A stretch of 32,000 nt of DNA from assembly GCA_964565945.1 (NCBI GenBank), contig CAZMGY010000021.1:1-32000 (forward strand), in the 5' to 3' direction. How positions within the stretch are numbered: position 1 is the stretch's first letter; the number at the start of each line of letters is the position of its first letter. The translations under genes were made by a program, and so were the position numbers. This stretch comes from an uncultured bacterium. Its GTDB lineage: Bacteria > GCA-001730085. Of the stretch, positions 8,796 through 21,359 are shown one piece after another. The notes under the pieces were generated by a model that was not told the DNA's origin, did not search any database, and saw only the letters and a program-made list of their open reading frames with translations.

Positions 8796-9458
8796 ATGCC
8801 CAAACGAATTGACTGCCAAACCCTTTGTTTTTCTTATGCAAGACAAGACGCCTTGATTAAAAATCTTTCTTTTGAACTTTATTCTGAGGAAGTCATCAAC
8901 ATCGACGGCCCTAACGGTTCTGGAAAAACAACTTTGCTCAATATTATTATGGGGCTTCTTAATTTTTCCAAAGGATCTCTTTGGATCTGTGGCCAAGCCT
9001 CTCAAAAAATTATCCGCAGCTTTCGTGCCCAAAACATTGCTTATGTTCGCCAACAGCCCGAACATAACAGTGACTTTACGGTGCATGATATTCTTGCAAT
9101 GGGGCGCTTCCCCCATATGCCATTAGGTGCCCCTTTCACAAAAAACGACACAAGACTGATTGAGCAAGGCTTAGATCATTTTCATCTCAACTCATATCGC
9201 AATCATGTTCTCTCGCAATTATCTTGTGGCGAACAACAACGCGTTTGGCTCGCACAAGCCTTGGTTCAACAACCTAAAGTTCTTTTGTTAGATGAATCTT
9301 TCGCTTTTATGGATAATAATTTTAAAGAGCAATGTTGGCAAGCTGTGAGTGAACTCAAAGCCCCTTGCGAAACAGGTATTATTCTGATTTCTCACGATCA
9401 CCTATTTCGCCAAAAGGTCTCGGATCGGCATATTTATTTGAATCATCATGATGTATAA
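8796..9458 (+). CDS. btuD: ABC importer ATPase, BtuD/FepC-like
   Basis: Walker A GPNGSGKTT, signature LSCGEQQRV, Walker B LLLDESFAFMD, H-loop ILISHD. I prefer the ATG at 8796 (GGAGGG SD 9 nt upstream) to the ORF-track start at 8778. Confidence 0.88.
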   Translation: MPKRIDCQTLCFSYARQDALIKNLSFELYSEEVINIDGPNGSGKTTLLNIIMGLLNFSKGSLWICGQASQKIIRSFRAQNIAYVRQQPEHNSDFTVHDILAMGRFPHMPLGAPFTKNDTRLIEQGLDHFHLNSYRNHVLSQLSCGEQQRVWLAQALVQQPKVLLLDESFAFMDNNFKEQCWQAVSELKAPCETGIILISHDHLFRQKVSDRHIYLNHHDV

Positions 9459-10380
9459 TTTGAGCGTGCGTTACCTTTTTATTTTTTTATTTGTATTGGA
9501 ACCTATCTTGAACATAAGCCACGCCCAAGAATATCAACTATCTTGGCAGGTTCGTTTCCCACAAGCTATTGTTTATGATGAAGAAGAAAACATCTATTTT
9601 GTGGCCTACCTTACCGATAATCCCCTAACTCAAAATGGTCAATCCTATATAAGCAAAGTCGACAAAGACTTAAAAGAAGTCATTTCTGAGCGATTTTGCG
9701 TCAATCTTAGCGGACCTCAAGCTATAAGCTTAAGTAAAGCTTACCTGATTGTTGCAGATCAAGGTAGTGTTAAATTTTTTGACCGGAAAACAGGCTTTTG
9801 GCAAAAAACGATCACCTTCGGGGAAGCACCCCAATCACTCATCAGTGACGTGCTCTTTGATGGTGAACGCTTTGTGTATGCCTGCGACATGTTTGCCAAT
9901 GCCTTGATTCGGATTGATCTTCATCGCAATATGGAAAGTTCCATTATGGATTATGGCCCATGGATCGATACACCTAAACGCTTGCTTTATAATCCACGAA
10001 GAAAAACATTATTCGTGGCATCGTATAATAGTGGTAGCGTTTACGAGTTTAACCCTCGCACCAAAGAACAAAAAACAATCATTCGTTATGGTCCCACACA
10101 ATTGATGGGTATGGCTATGGATCGAGACTTCAACTTCTACCTGTCCAATGCTCATAATGGTGGACAAATTATTAAGATTACTCCAGAAAAACGCTATTAC
10201 GTTTTTACCGAAGCTCTCGTTAACCCAGCCAACATGCACCTTCATCCCAACCAAGAAGCTCTGCTGTTGCCGAGCCAATCCAGAGATCTTATTTTTCAAA
10301 TTCCATTCAAGCAAGACCCAAAAGAGACAACTCAAGCGACCGTCAAATGGATTGAACAAGTCGATAAGGCTAAAACTTGA
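9448..10380 (+). CDS. secreted beta-propeller-like protein (six repeats), function unknown
   Basis: 310 aa. Signal peptide ...FVLEPILNISHA/QE. Six repeats of the NHL/SMP-30-like pattern (hydrophobic strand, D/N, then G/S-x-hydrophobic-x-hydrophobic-D/N). Examples are AYLIVADQGSVKFFD, FVYACDMFANALIRIDL, LFVASYNSGSVYEFN and FYLSNAHNGGQIIKI. Overlaps btuD by 11 nt. Confidence 0.6.
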   Translation: MMYNLSVRYLFIFLFVLEPILNISHAQEYQLSWQVRFPQAIVYDEEENIYFVAYLTDNPLTQNGQSYISKVDKDLKEVISERFCVNLSGPQAISLSKAYLIVADQGSVKFFDRKTGFWQKTITFGEAPQSLISDVLFDGERFVYACDMFANALIRIDLHRNMESSIMDYGPWIDTPKRLLYNPRRKTLFVASYNSGSVYEFNPRTKEQKTIIRYGPTQLMGMAMDRDFNFYLSNAHNGGQIIKITPEKRYYVFTEALVNPANMHLHPNQEALLLPSQSRDLIFQIPFKQDPKETTQATVKWIEQVDKAKT

Positions 10381-10595
10381 TTATTTTATTCAATTGGAAC
10401 ATCCATTTTTTCTTTCATCTTTTAAGACCGATTCAATACCCGATATAAGGTCCCTAGGAGCTTATATAAATGGAAAAACTTTATTTATGAAGGCAGTGTC
10501 CTCGGGAGCCTCTCTTGCAAAAGATGAACGTGAGGCAATTGAGCGGAAAGACCTGAGGGCCACTATACTAAGAAAACCCCATTTTGAAATATTAG

Positions 10596-10666
10596 AGCGG
10601 GTGAAGGGAATCGAACCCTCGTAGTCGGCTTGGAAGGCCGAAGCTTTACCTCTAAGCTACACCCGC
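10596..10666 (-). tRNA. tRNA-Gly (anticodon UCC)
   Basis: The reverse complement GCGGGTGTAGCTTAGAGGTAAAGCTTCGGCCTTCCAAGCCGACTACGAGGGTTCGATTCCCTTCACCCGCT folds as a cloverleaf. Anticodon loop is CTTCCAA. T-loop is GGTTCGATTCC. CCA is not encoded. Confidence 0.92.
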
Positions 10667-10827
10667 TCAAAGTTAAACATTTTTCTTGTAAACGCTATGG
10701 GTTTTTTGGCCTTCCAGCAAGGGCTCGGAATATTTTATGACTGGCACTAAGCCCCATACTCGCTCAAGCGAGGAAGATTTTAGCACATTATACAATCAAA
10801 ATCAAGAAAATATTATCTTGCTCACTA

Positions 10828-10858
10828 CGTCATCCCGCGATTAAGTTGCGGGATGACG
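10828..10858. repeat. perfect 11-bp inverted repeat (cgtcatcccgc / gcgggatgacg) with a 9-nt loop
   Basis: Read directly from the sequence. GC-rich palindrome in an AT-rich intergenic region. No adjacent T-run on either strand. Single copy in this window. Confidence 0.6.
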
Positions 10859-10892
10859 CAAATAAGTACCGTGTACATACATAACTGCACAT

Positions 10893-10924
10893 AATAAAAA
10901 ACCCACCTTAAATTAAGGCAGGTT
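10893..10924 (-). terminator. rho-independent terminator of the DUF4013-like gene
   Basis: On the minus strand, aacctgcctta-att-taaggtgggtt forms an 11-bp stem that includes two G-U pairs, followed by TTTTTATT. On the plus strand the same stem has two mismatches, so it is strand-specific. Confidence 0.7.
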
Positions 10925-10950
10925 TTCATCAAATCTCTAGCTAAAAGTCA

Positions 10951-11703
10951 TTACTCGGCTTGAGGATCGAAAGCATCAAGATCATCGAAGGAATCATTTT
11001 CCACAGACGTTATTTCATCAACCGATGAAGCCACATCTGTAGCAGAAACAACCTCCGCGGCCACAGGATAAATCTCGCCAAAGCCACGAAAAGCCACAAT
11101 CCCTACAAAAACAGTCAAAGGAGTCGTCACAACAAGAGCTAAGACTGGAAGTAAAGCATTCACAAAACCTGACAGCAATGACACAATAACAATCAAGGCA
11201 TAAAGCTTAAGCGCATCCCCCATGCAAGAACGAAAGTTTTTCCAAATGCGCTTAGCATCCAAAACATCTCTGATCTGTTCTCTTTCTAAATAAGCCCCAA
11301 TCACAAAAGGAATGCACACAGACACACACATCGCTAAGAGGTAGAGAACGATCATCATCACATTACCAATTGTGTTAAAAATCTCTCCAGCTCCCGATAT
11401 CGCCACCGAAAAGAAAACCAAACCCATTATAGGAATCGCATAAATCAAGCTGCAAAGCGTTCCTGCAACACCCAAAATAAACATTTTAATTAGACCATCG
11501 GTTCCCGTAGAAAACCAATCGGGTAGAACACGTGCTTCCTTACGAATTCCAGACTGAAAAATAGTCATGAAATAACCCATCACCAAAAAATTCACTAATG
11601 GAAGAATGGCCAAAACAGTTCCAATTACTAGCTTGGCTGGCCAACGCCTATCCTCAAACGGAAATTTAATCACACCACCAAAATCAAGTTTCATACCCCT
11701 CAT
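10951..11703 (-). CDS. DUF4013-like integral membrane protein with an acidic C-terminal tail
   Basis: The N-terminal segment KFPFEDRRWPAKLVIGTVLAILPLVNFLVMGYF and the multiple TM helices resemble the DUF4013 family as I recall it. The ORF-track start (11778) lies inside the 5S terminator, so an internal ATG at 11703 or 11694 is more likely. Confidence 0.6.
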   Translation of the reverse strand: MRGMKLDFGGVIKFPFEDRRWPAKLVIGTVLAILPLVNFLVMGYFMTIFQSGIRKEARVLPDWFSTGTDGLIKMFILGVAGTLCSLIYAIPIMGLVFFSVAISGAGEIFNTIGNVMMIVLYLLAMCVSVCIPFVIGAYLEREQIRDVLDAKRIWKNFRSCMGDALKLYALIVIVSLLSGFVNALLPVLALVVTTPLTVFVGIVAFRGFGEIYPVAAEVVSATDVASSVDEITSVENDSFDDLDAFDPQAE

Positions 11704-11777
11704 TCTCCCTTCACATACCACGATCTGCGCCCTTTTCAACAAAGGTAACACATTTTGTTGCACAAATGCAAGCCCCA

Positions 11778-11811
11778 AATAAAAAGCCCCAAACCTAAAA
11801 GGAACGGGGCT
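11778..11811 (-). terminator. rRNA operon terminator
   Basis: On the minus strand, AGCCCC...GGGGCT stem (plus-strand coordinates 11785-11790 / 11806-11811) followed by a T-run, immediately 3' of the 5S gene. Confidence 0.6.
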
Positions 11812-11819
11812 ATTTTAAA

Positions 11820-11935
11820 TTCGGCGACGACCTACTCTCCCACACCGTTGCCAGTGCAGTACCATCGGCACAGGAGGACTTAACTTCCGTATTCGAAATG
11901 GGAACGGGTGTGACCCCTCCGTTATTGCCACCGAA
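11820..11935 (-). rRNA. rrf: 5S ribosomal RNA
   Basis: The reverse complement contains the conserved CCCGTTCCCATTTCGAATACGGAAGTTAAG and GGTACTGCACTGGCAACGGTGTGGGAGAGTAGGTCG. The terminal helix is ttcggtggc/gccgaa. Length ~116 nt. Confidence 0.9.
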
Positions 11936-12023
11936 AAATATTCTTCATATTTTATTTTTACATTGAATATTGGGATCAACCTTAAGCTAATCGGCATTAT
12001 GTACTTTTAAACTTATTGTTTAA

Positions 12024-15029
<3,006 letters not shown>

Positions 15030-15209
15030 TATTTTTTGAATGCTTCATCTTGTTTTTCAAAATGAATCGCATAATCTCGTATTATGAGATACCAATTAAC
15101 ACAAGAAACTAATTAAATTAGATTCTCGGCTTTACCCAATATTCAATTGTAAAAGATCAATCGCGAACCATCACGGATTCACTAAATTTGTTTTTAGCAC
15201 AGCTTTATT

Positions 15210-15282
15210 TGGAGACGGAGGGATTCGAACCCTCGACCTCCGCCTTGCAAGGGCGGCACTCTTCCAGCTGAGCTACGTCCCC
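15210..15282 (-). tRNA. tRNA-Ala (anticodon UGC), in the 16S-23S spacer
   Basis: Reverse complement GGGGACGTAGCTCAGCTGGAAGAGTGCCGCCCTTGCAAGGCGGAGGTCGAGGGTTCGAATCCCTCCGTCTCCA. It has the G3:U70 identity pair and anticodon loop CTTGCAA. Confidence 0.95.
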
Positions 15283-15286
15283 AATA

Positions 15287-15360
15287 TGGGCCCAGGTAGA
15301 CTCGAACTACCGACTTCAGCCTTATCAGGGCTGCGCTCTAACCAGCTGAGCTACGAGCCC
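15287..15360 (-). tRNA. tRNA-Ile (anticodon GAU), in the 16S-23S spacer
   Basis: Reverse complement GGGCTCGTAGCTCAGCTGGTTAGAGCGCAGCCCTGATAAGGCTGAAGTCGGTAGTTCGAGTCTACCTGGGCCCA. Anticodon loop CTGATAA. Confidence 0.95.
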
Positions 15361-15463
15361 AGCATATTTTTAGAATAGGATAGTCAATAGTTGCCTACAT
15401 CGACATGTCACCGCATGTCATAACGATCCAAAGATCAATATGCATGCTTTATTTTCTCCTTAG

Positions 15464-17036
<1,573 letters not shown>

Positions 17037-17241
17037 TTAAAAGTTTGAAATCCAGAGCAAAGTTCTTATGAACTGTGCTTTGGCATATTTCATTTTAGGT
17101 TGCCTAAATAATGCTCGAAAGCTTTACCTAGGACTTCTTCTCAACTTGTGAGAATTGATAAGTGACTGTTCGCACAAACTATCAAACTATCCTATTAAAT
17201 TTTCAAAGATCAAATACGCTTGCAACTACAAGCGGACGATA

Positions 17242-17295
17242 AGTATATCTAATTTAAAAAACAGTGTCAACACTTTTTTATTTTATTTTTTCATT
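17242..17295 (-). promoter_or_regulatory. rRNA operon promoter with an A/T-rich UP-like element
   Basis: On the minus strand: AAAAATAAAATAAAAAAG-TG-TTGACA (plus-strand coordinates 17265-17270), 17-nt spacer, TATACT (17242-17247). The -35 is consensus, and the site lies ~200 nt upstream of mature 16S. Confidence 0.65.
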
Positions 17296-17368
17296 TCCGC
17301 CCCCAATAATCCTCTCGGGGCCAGCATTGCTGTTTTTACGCTCAAAACAGCGTCAGTTGAGGTATAAT

Positions 17369-18058
17369 ATGTCCATGGAGAAAAAAGCTATTATCTTATA
17401 TAGTGGGGGTCTTGACTCCAGCACATTGGTAGCTATGGCACATCGTCAAGATTATAAACTTTACACTCTCAGCTTTGACTACGGACAAAATCATGTGTAC
17501 GAGCTAGAAAAGGCCAAGCTTTTTCTAAAATCTTACCCAATCCAGGAATCCAAAACTATCCCCATTGATTTGCGAACCTTTGGACAGTCGGCGCTCACAA
17601 GCGACATCGCAGTACCCAAGCGCATCAACAAGCAAATTCCCGACAATGAAATTCCTATCACCTATGTGCCAGCGCGCAATACTATTTTTTTAGCTTATAC
17701 CCTAGCGTGGGCCGAGGTTCTTAAAGCCCACGATATTTTTCTTGGTGTCAATTATATTGACTATAGCGGCTACCCCGATTGTCGTCCCGAGTTTATTCAA
17801 GCTTTCTCCCGTATGGCCAACCTTGCCACCAAGGAAGCGCTCAATGGACATCTGCTTACCATCCACACACCTTTGCTTCATCTGAGCAAATCCGACATCA
17901 TTCAAACAGGCGTTGACCTCGGTACCGACTATAGCCTTACACATAGTTGTTATGATCCTTCCGATGCCAATTTAGCCTGCGGATCCTGTGACAGTTGTTT
18001 GTTAAGGAAAAAAGGGTTTCAAGACGCCGGTCTCGAAGACCCCATAGCCTATGCCTAG
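17369..18058 (+). CDS. queC: 7-cyano-7-deazaguanine synthase QueC
   Basis: KKAIILYSGGLDSSTL PP-loop motif. C-terminal zinc-binding motif CYDP...CGSCDSCLLRKKGF. I prefer the ATG at 17369 (GAGG SD 6 nt upstream). The ORF-track start at 17264 would overlap the rRNA promoter. Confidence 0.93.
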   Translation: MSMEKKAIILYSGGLDSSTLVAMAHRQDYKLYTLSFDYGQNHVYELEKAKLFLKSYPIQESKTIPIDLRTFGQSALTSDIAVPKRINKQIPDNEIPITYVPARNTIFLAYTLAWAEVLKAHDIFLGVNYIDYSGYPDCRPEFIQAFSRMANLATKEALNGHLLTIHTPLLHLSKSDIIQTGVDLGTDYSLTHSCYDPSDANLACGSCDSCLLRKKGFQDAGLEDPIAYA

Positions 18059-18060
18059 CC

Positions 18061-18693
18061 CTAGATTCCTTGAACGTCTTCGCCCCAGATATACTTGTGC
18101 AACTGAACTTGCAAACGAACCTCTAACTGATCGTCCAGGATCCATTCTGCTAAGATTTTCGGATCTAACACGCCATGAACTGGAGAAAACAAAACAGACA
18201 CCTGAATGTTGTACTCCTGGATCGCCTTCAAAGACCAATCATAATCCATACGATCTGCCATCACAAACTTAACTTCATCACCATGCTTTAAATGCTTCAG
18301 GTTGCTCATCATAAAACTACCGCTCTCACCACTCGAAGGACACTTAATATCCATAATCACGGCTACTTTTTCTGGTAAGTCCGTAATCAATACACTGCCA
18401 CTGGTTTCCAGCAAAACCGTATACCCTCGATCGCACAAAGCTTGCAACAAATCCCGACACTCTTTTTGTAGAAGAGGTTCGCCCCCTGTCACTTCAACAA
18501 GCTGCGTGTTCATATTCGCCACCTGATCAAGCACTTCGGCCACCGTTTGCTTCTCTCCACCGAAAAAAGCATCTTCAGTATCACAATACCCACAACGTAA
18601 GTTGCAACCAGTAAGCCGAATAAAAATGCAGGGAAGCCCCACACACGATGACTCCCCTTGCAAACTTTTGTAAATTTCAGAAATGGTTAACAT
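18061..18693 (-). CDS. queE: 7-carboxy-7-deazaguanine synthase QueE (radical SAM)
   Basis: 210 aa. N-terminus ISEIYKSLQGESSCVGLPCIFIRLTGCNLRCGYCDT carries the CxxxCxxC radical-SAM cluster motif in the characteristic QueE context. Convergent with queC, with 2 nt between the stops. Confidence 0.93.
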   Translation of the reverse strand: MLTISEIYKSLQGESSCVGLPCIFIRLTGCNLRCGYCDTEDAFFGGEKQTVAEVLDQVANMNTQLVEVTGGEPLLQKECRDLLQALCDRGYTVLLETSGSVLITDLPEKVAVIMDIKCPSSGESGSFMMSNLKHLKHGDEVKFVMADRMDYDWSLKAIQEYNIQVSVLFSPVHGVLDPKILAEWILDDQLEVRLQVQLHKYIWGEDVQGI

Positions 18694-18710
18694 AGAACCC
18701 TAACATGCGT

Positions 18711-19145
18711 TTAATAACGCGAAGATCCTCGATTTTGATCTCGCATGGAATCACGATAAGCCACCTCATAACCTTCACGGTATCCTTCACGGTATCCTTT
18801 ATCATAGCTGAATTGATCAAAGTTGCGCGAACGACGGGGTCTCTTGGGATAAGGATCTCTGTCATAATAGTCATCACGATAGGTGGAACGACGTTGCGGC
18901 AGAGAAGAGTTTTGGCCCTGCAAGGAACCAACTAAAATATTCCCTAAAATATTGCTTCCCGCACCCACAAGCGCTCCCTTTCCAGCTTTTCCTCCAGAAG
19001 TTTTGGCAGCAATAGCGCCAATACCCGCACCAAACAAGCCTTGCTGCAAAATTTGTTTAGCGGCATCATCATTCTCTGCATACGCATGAGGCGCACCCAA
19101 AACCAAGACAAAACAGCTCAACACTATTCCTTTAAGCAAATGCAT
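18711..19145 (-). CDS. secreted glycine-zipper protein with an Arg/Asp/Tyr-rich tail
   Basis: Start at the internal ATG 19145 (GGGGGA SD 7 nt upstream). Signal peptide MHLLKGIVLSCFVLVLGAPHAYA. Glycine-zipper segment GAGIGAIAAKTSGGKAGKGALVGAGSNILGNILVGS, as in Rick_17kDa/SlyB-type proteins. Tail contains GYREGYREGY. Confidence 0.6.
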   Translation of the reverse strand: MHLLKGIVLSCFVLVLGAPHAYAENDDAAKQILQQGLFGAGIGAIAAKTSGGKAGKGALVGAGSNILGNILVGSLQGQNSSLPQRRSTYRDDYYDRDPYPKRPRRSRNFDQFSYDKGYREGYREGYEVAYRDSMRDQNRGSSRY

Positions 19146-19259
19146 CGCAACTTCCCCCTCTTGTATAAATAAAAATATCCCTAGGTATAACACTTTTGCC
19201 CTAGCAAAAACAAGTCCCCTGTCTCCGACCCCCCCCCTTATTACTATTTCTTCTCTAGA

Positions 19260-21359
19260 TTAAGAAACCTTCATAAGGCGATACTTAGCTGTTTGACGTA
19301 TTTTCTGACACGTCTTCAAAAGCCCTGTAATAATCCGATCAATATGGTTGTAAAGGGCTTTTGTATTCACATTCATCGAGGTATCCATGATATTCAGTGT
19401 GAACAGCTCTTGAAAGCCGCTCCAATGACATTCCTCATAATTTAGCAAACCCATCAGCTTAGTTTCGAAATAACGATACATCGCCTTGCGATCCTGAGTC
19501 GAATACACATCGAGCGTATACACCAACAGCATGATCGCCAAGCGGTCCTCAACAATCCCTATGGAACGAAACAAAGCTGAGGCAAGAAAAGTTTTGGCCC
19601 ACAGCATCGCCCCAATATCCCCACCTTCCACATCATCCTTGAGCAATTGAAACACATCGGCGCGCAACTTGAGCGTGCTTTGTCCCTGATCATCCAAAAT
19701 AATTTCAGCCGGATAATGCGCCTGTAAAGAATACATTACATTTTTAACCAAAGACTCCCAGGAACGAGAGAATAATTCTGGCCGCGAATACCCCAAACCA
19801 ATGAAACGCAATGCGTTTTGAGGGAAATGCTGCAAAAAATCATAAATAAGCTGCCCCCACACACCTTCCTTTGAGATTTCGGTCGACAACATACGCTGCG
19901 ACAAAACATCCCTATCCAAACTTATGCCTGGCTGATAAAAGATAAAATCTTGCATCACCACATAAACCCACAAGGCTTTAATCCGTTCAATTTTATTGAG
20001 TGAATTGAAAAAAATAGAAAAGGCCTTTGCATTGTACTGAATCATCGTTCCTTCCATCACAAGATTGTCACACACTTTCGACAAATACGTATACTTTTGC
20101 CTCACCGAATCCGGATAAGACAGTTTTTTGCGCAAAAGCTCCGAGGATCTTTTGATTTCTCCCATCACTTGAATGAAATCATCTCGCCCTTTCTGATATC
20201 TCTCGGTTAAAAAAAACTCAAAGACCTGTGGTTTATTTCTTAAAAAGAACACCAAGGCCTTAAACCGACCATGGCGAAGATAATAATTTTTATTTTTATT
20301 AACCGCCCCTTCATTTTTAATAATAAAAAAACCTTTTAGTTCTTTCATGAAAGCATCAAAGTCCTGTTGACGAAATTCTTTTTCATGGTTTTGAACATCA
20401 ACCAGAACACGTTTAATACCATCGTGTTGCTGCAACATAGCATAAAGATCAGAAGGACTCATATACTCTGGCAATAGATTCATCGCCCGATCAAGAACTT
20501 TTTTTTCGAGATCGTTATTCTTAAAACGATAGCCACTCCTCTTTATGTTTTTAAGAATCTGCAAATACCAAGGCAATTGCGCCGATTGAAAAGGCGTGCG
20601 ATCCGCTTGCGCCACCTCTTCTTCCACGTCTCGAATAAACTCATCAGGAGCATCTCTTAAAAACACAACATCCCATTTGTCATCTTTGCGCAGTTCTTCG
20701 GACTGCACATCCACCACTCTTTTTTTAATAGCTTTATCAATTTTGTCCTGTACTTGATCCATGTCCAACTCAAGGGACTTAAATCGCTCTAAATCCTCAA
20801 TAGAAGGACTGGCCACCACCTTAATATCATCTTCCTTAAACCTTAAAGTCACCGACTTAAAATCATCGCTAGGCATCACCTCAACCCAGTCTTCATAACT
20901 TAAGGTTGAACGTAATTTTTGACGAAGCTGATTAACTGAAGAAAAATCTCTTAAAGAAAATACCACTTGATTAATCACATATAAAGGTTGACTGGACCAA
21001 TGATGTTTTTGAATCAAAAGTTTCTCATTACTTCTGAACTTGCGATAGATGTCGACAACAATCTGCCCCGTTTGTTTCGCTGGACTAAAAAAGTCTTCTA
21101 AAACTATCGTCACTTGGGATTGTTTTGCAACCTGCTTAGCCATTTGAATATTAAGAGGAACAAACGACTCGATATGATTGACCAAGACACCTTTTTCTTG
21201 CTTAAGCTGGCTCATTCGATCTTGAAGTAAAATGATTTCATTGATGCTGGCTTGTAAGCCAGCAACACTCAATAAGCTCAATAGAACTAAACCAAATTGA
21301 CGAACCCCCCGATCAATTCGCGAGGTAACAGAATCAAAACAACCCCGCACACAAAGCAT
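19260..21359 (-). CDS. hypothetical 699-aa protein with an N-terminal signal/anchor, no recognisable domain
   Basis: Long uninterrupted ORF. Hydrophobic segment FGLVLLSLLSVAGLQA. A coiled-coil-like charged region spans aa ~190-260. The ATG overlaps the stop of the upstream lipoprotein gene (TAATG). Confidence 0.7.
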   Translation of the reverse strand: MLCVRGCFDSVTSRIDRGVRQFGLVLLSLLSVAGLQASINEIILLQDRMSQLKQEKGVLVNHIESFVPLNIQMAKQVAKQSQVTIVLEDFFSPAKQTGQIVVDIYRKFRSNEKLLIQKHHWSSQPLYVINQVVFSLRDFSSVNQLRQKLRSTLSYEDWVEVMPSDDFKSVTLRFKEDDIKVVASPSIEDLERFKSLELDMDQVQDKIDKAIKKRVVDVQSEELRKDDKWDVVFLRDAPDEFIRDVEEEVAQADRTPFQSAQLPWYLQILKNIKRSGYRFKNNDLEKKVLDRAMNLLPEYMSPSDLYAMLQQHDGIKRVLVDVQNHEKEFRQQDFDAFMKELKGFFIIKNEGAVNKNKNYYLRHGRFKALVFFLRNKPQVFEFFLTERYQKGRDDFIQVMGEIKRSSELLRKKLSYPDSVRQKYTYLSKVCDNLVMEGTMIQYNAKAFSIFFNSLNKIERIKALWVYVVMQDFIFYQPGISLDRDVLSQRMLSTEISKEGVWGQLIYDFLQHFPQNALRFIGLGYSRPELFSRSWESLVKNVMYSLQAHYPAEIILDDQGQSTLKLRADVFQLLKDDVEGGDIGAMLWAKTFLASALFRSIGIVEDRLAIMLLVYTLDVYSTQDRKAMYRYFETKLMGLLNYEECHWSGFQELFTLNIMDTSMNVNTKALYNHIDRIITGLLKTCQKIRQTAKYRLMKVS

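Noticed and set aside
10381-10595. Possible SRP/4.5S or other small RNA downstream of tRNA-Gly (contains GAGCGGAAAGACCTGAGGG and a cctcggg/cctgagg pairing)
   Set aside because: The conserved SRP domain IV motifs (AGGUCAGGUCCGGAAGGAAGCAGCC) are absent. No promoter or terminator is evident.
10148-10624. 158-aa plus-strand ORF spanning the end of the propeller gene, the intergenic region and part of the tRNA-Gly gene
   Set aside because: It overlaps a well-supported CDS in another frame and runs antisense through a tRNA gene. It has no SD and no recognisable protein features.
11688-11702. A 15-nt identity (TGAGGGGTATGAAAC on the minus strand) shared with 30684-30698, giving two unrelated genes the same MRGMK N-terminus
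   Set aside because: About one or two chance 15-mer matches are expected in a 32-kb window counted on both strands. The shared string is just an SD-like GAGGGG plus ATG AAA start context. It only makes the exact start codons ambiguous.
17264-17368. N-terminal 35-aa extension of queC given by the ORF track
   Set aside because: The extension overlaps the divergent rRNA promoter and UP element and has no similarity to QueC. A GAGG SD precedes the ATG at 17369, where QueC homology (KKAIILYSGGLDS) begins.
17299-17368. Possible preQ1 riboswitch upstream of queC (hairpins gcccc/ggggc at 17299-17321 and gctgtttt/aaaacagc at 17329-17351)
   Set aside because: It has neither the preQ1-I signature (a short stem followed by an A-rich tail ...UAUAAAAAACUA) nor preQ1-II/III features. 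These are probably just structured leader or terminator-like hairpins. A TATAAT at 17363-17368 could make a leaderless start at ATG 17375, but there is no -35 support.
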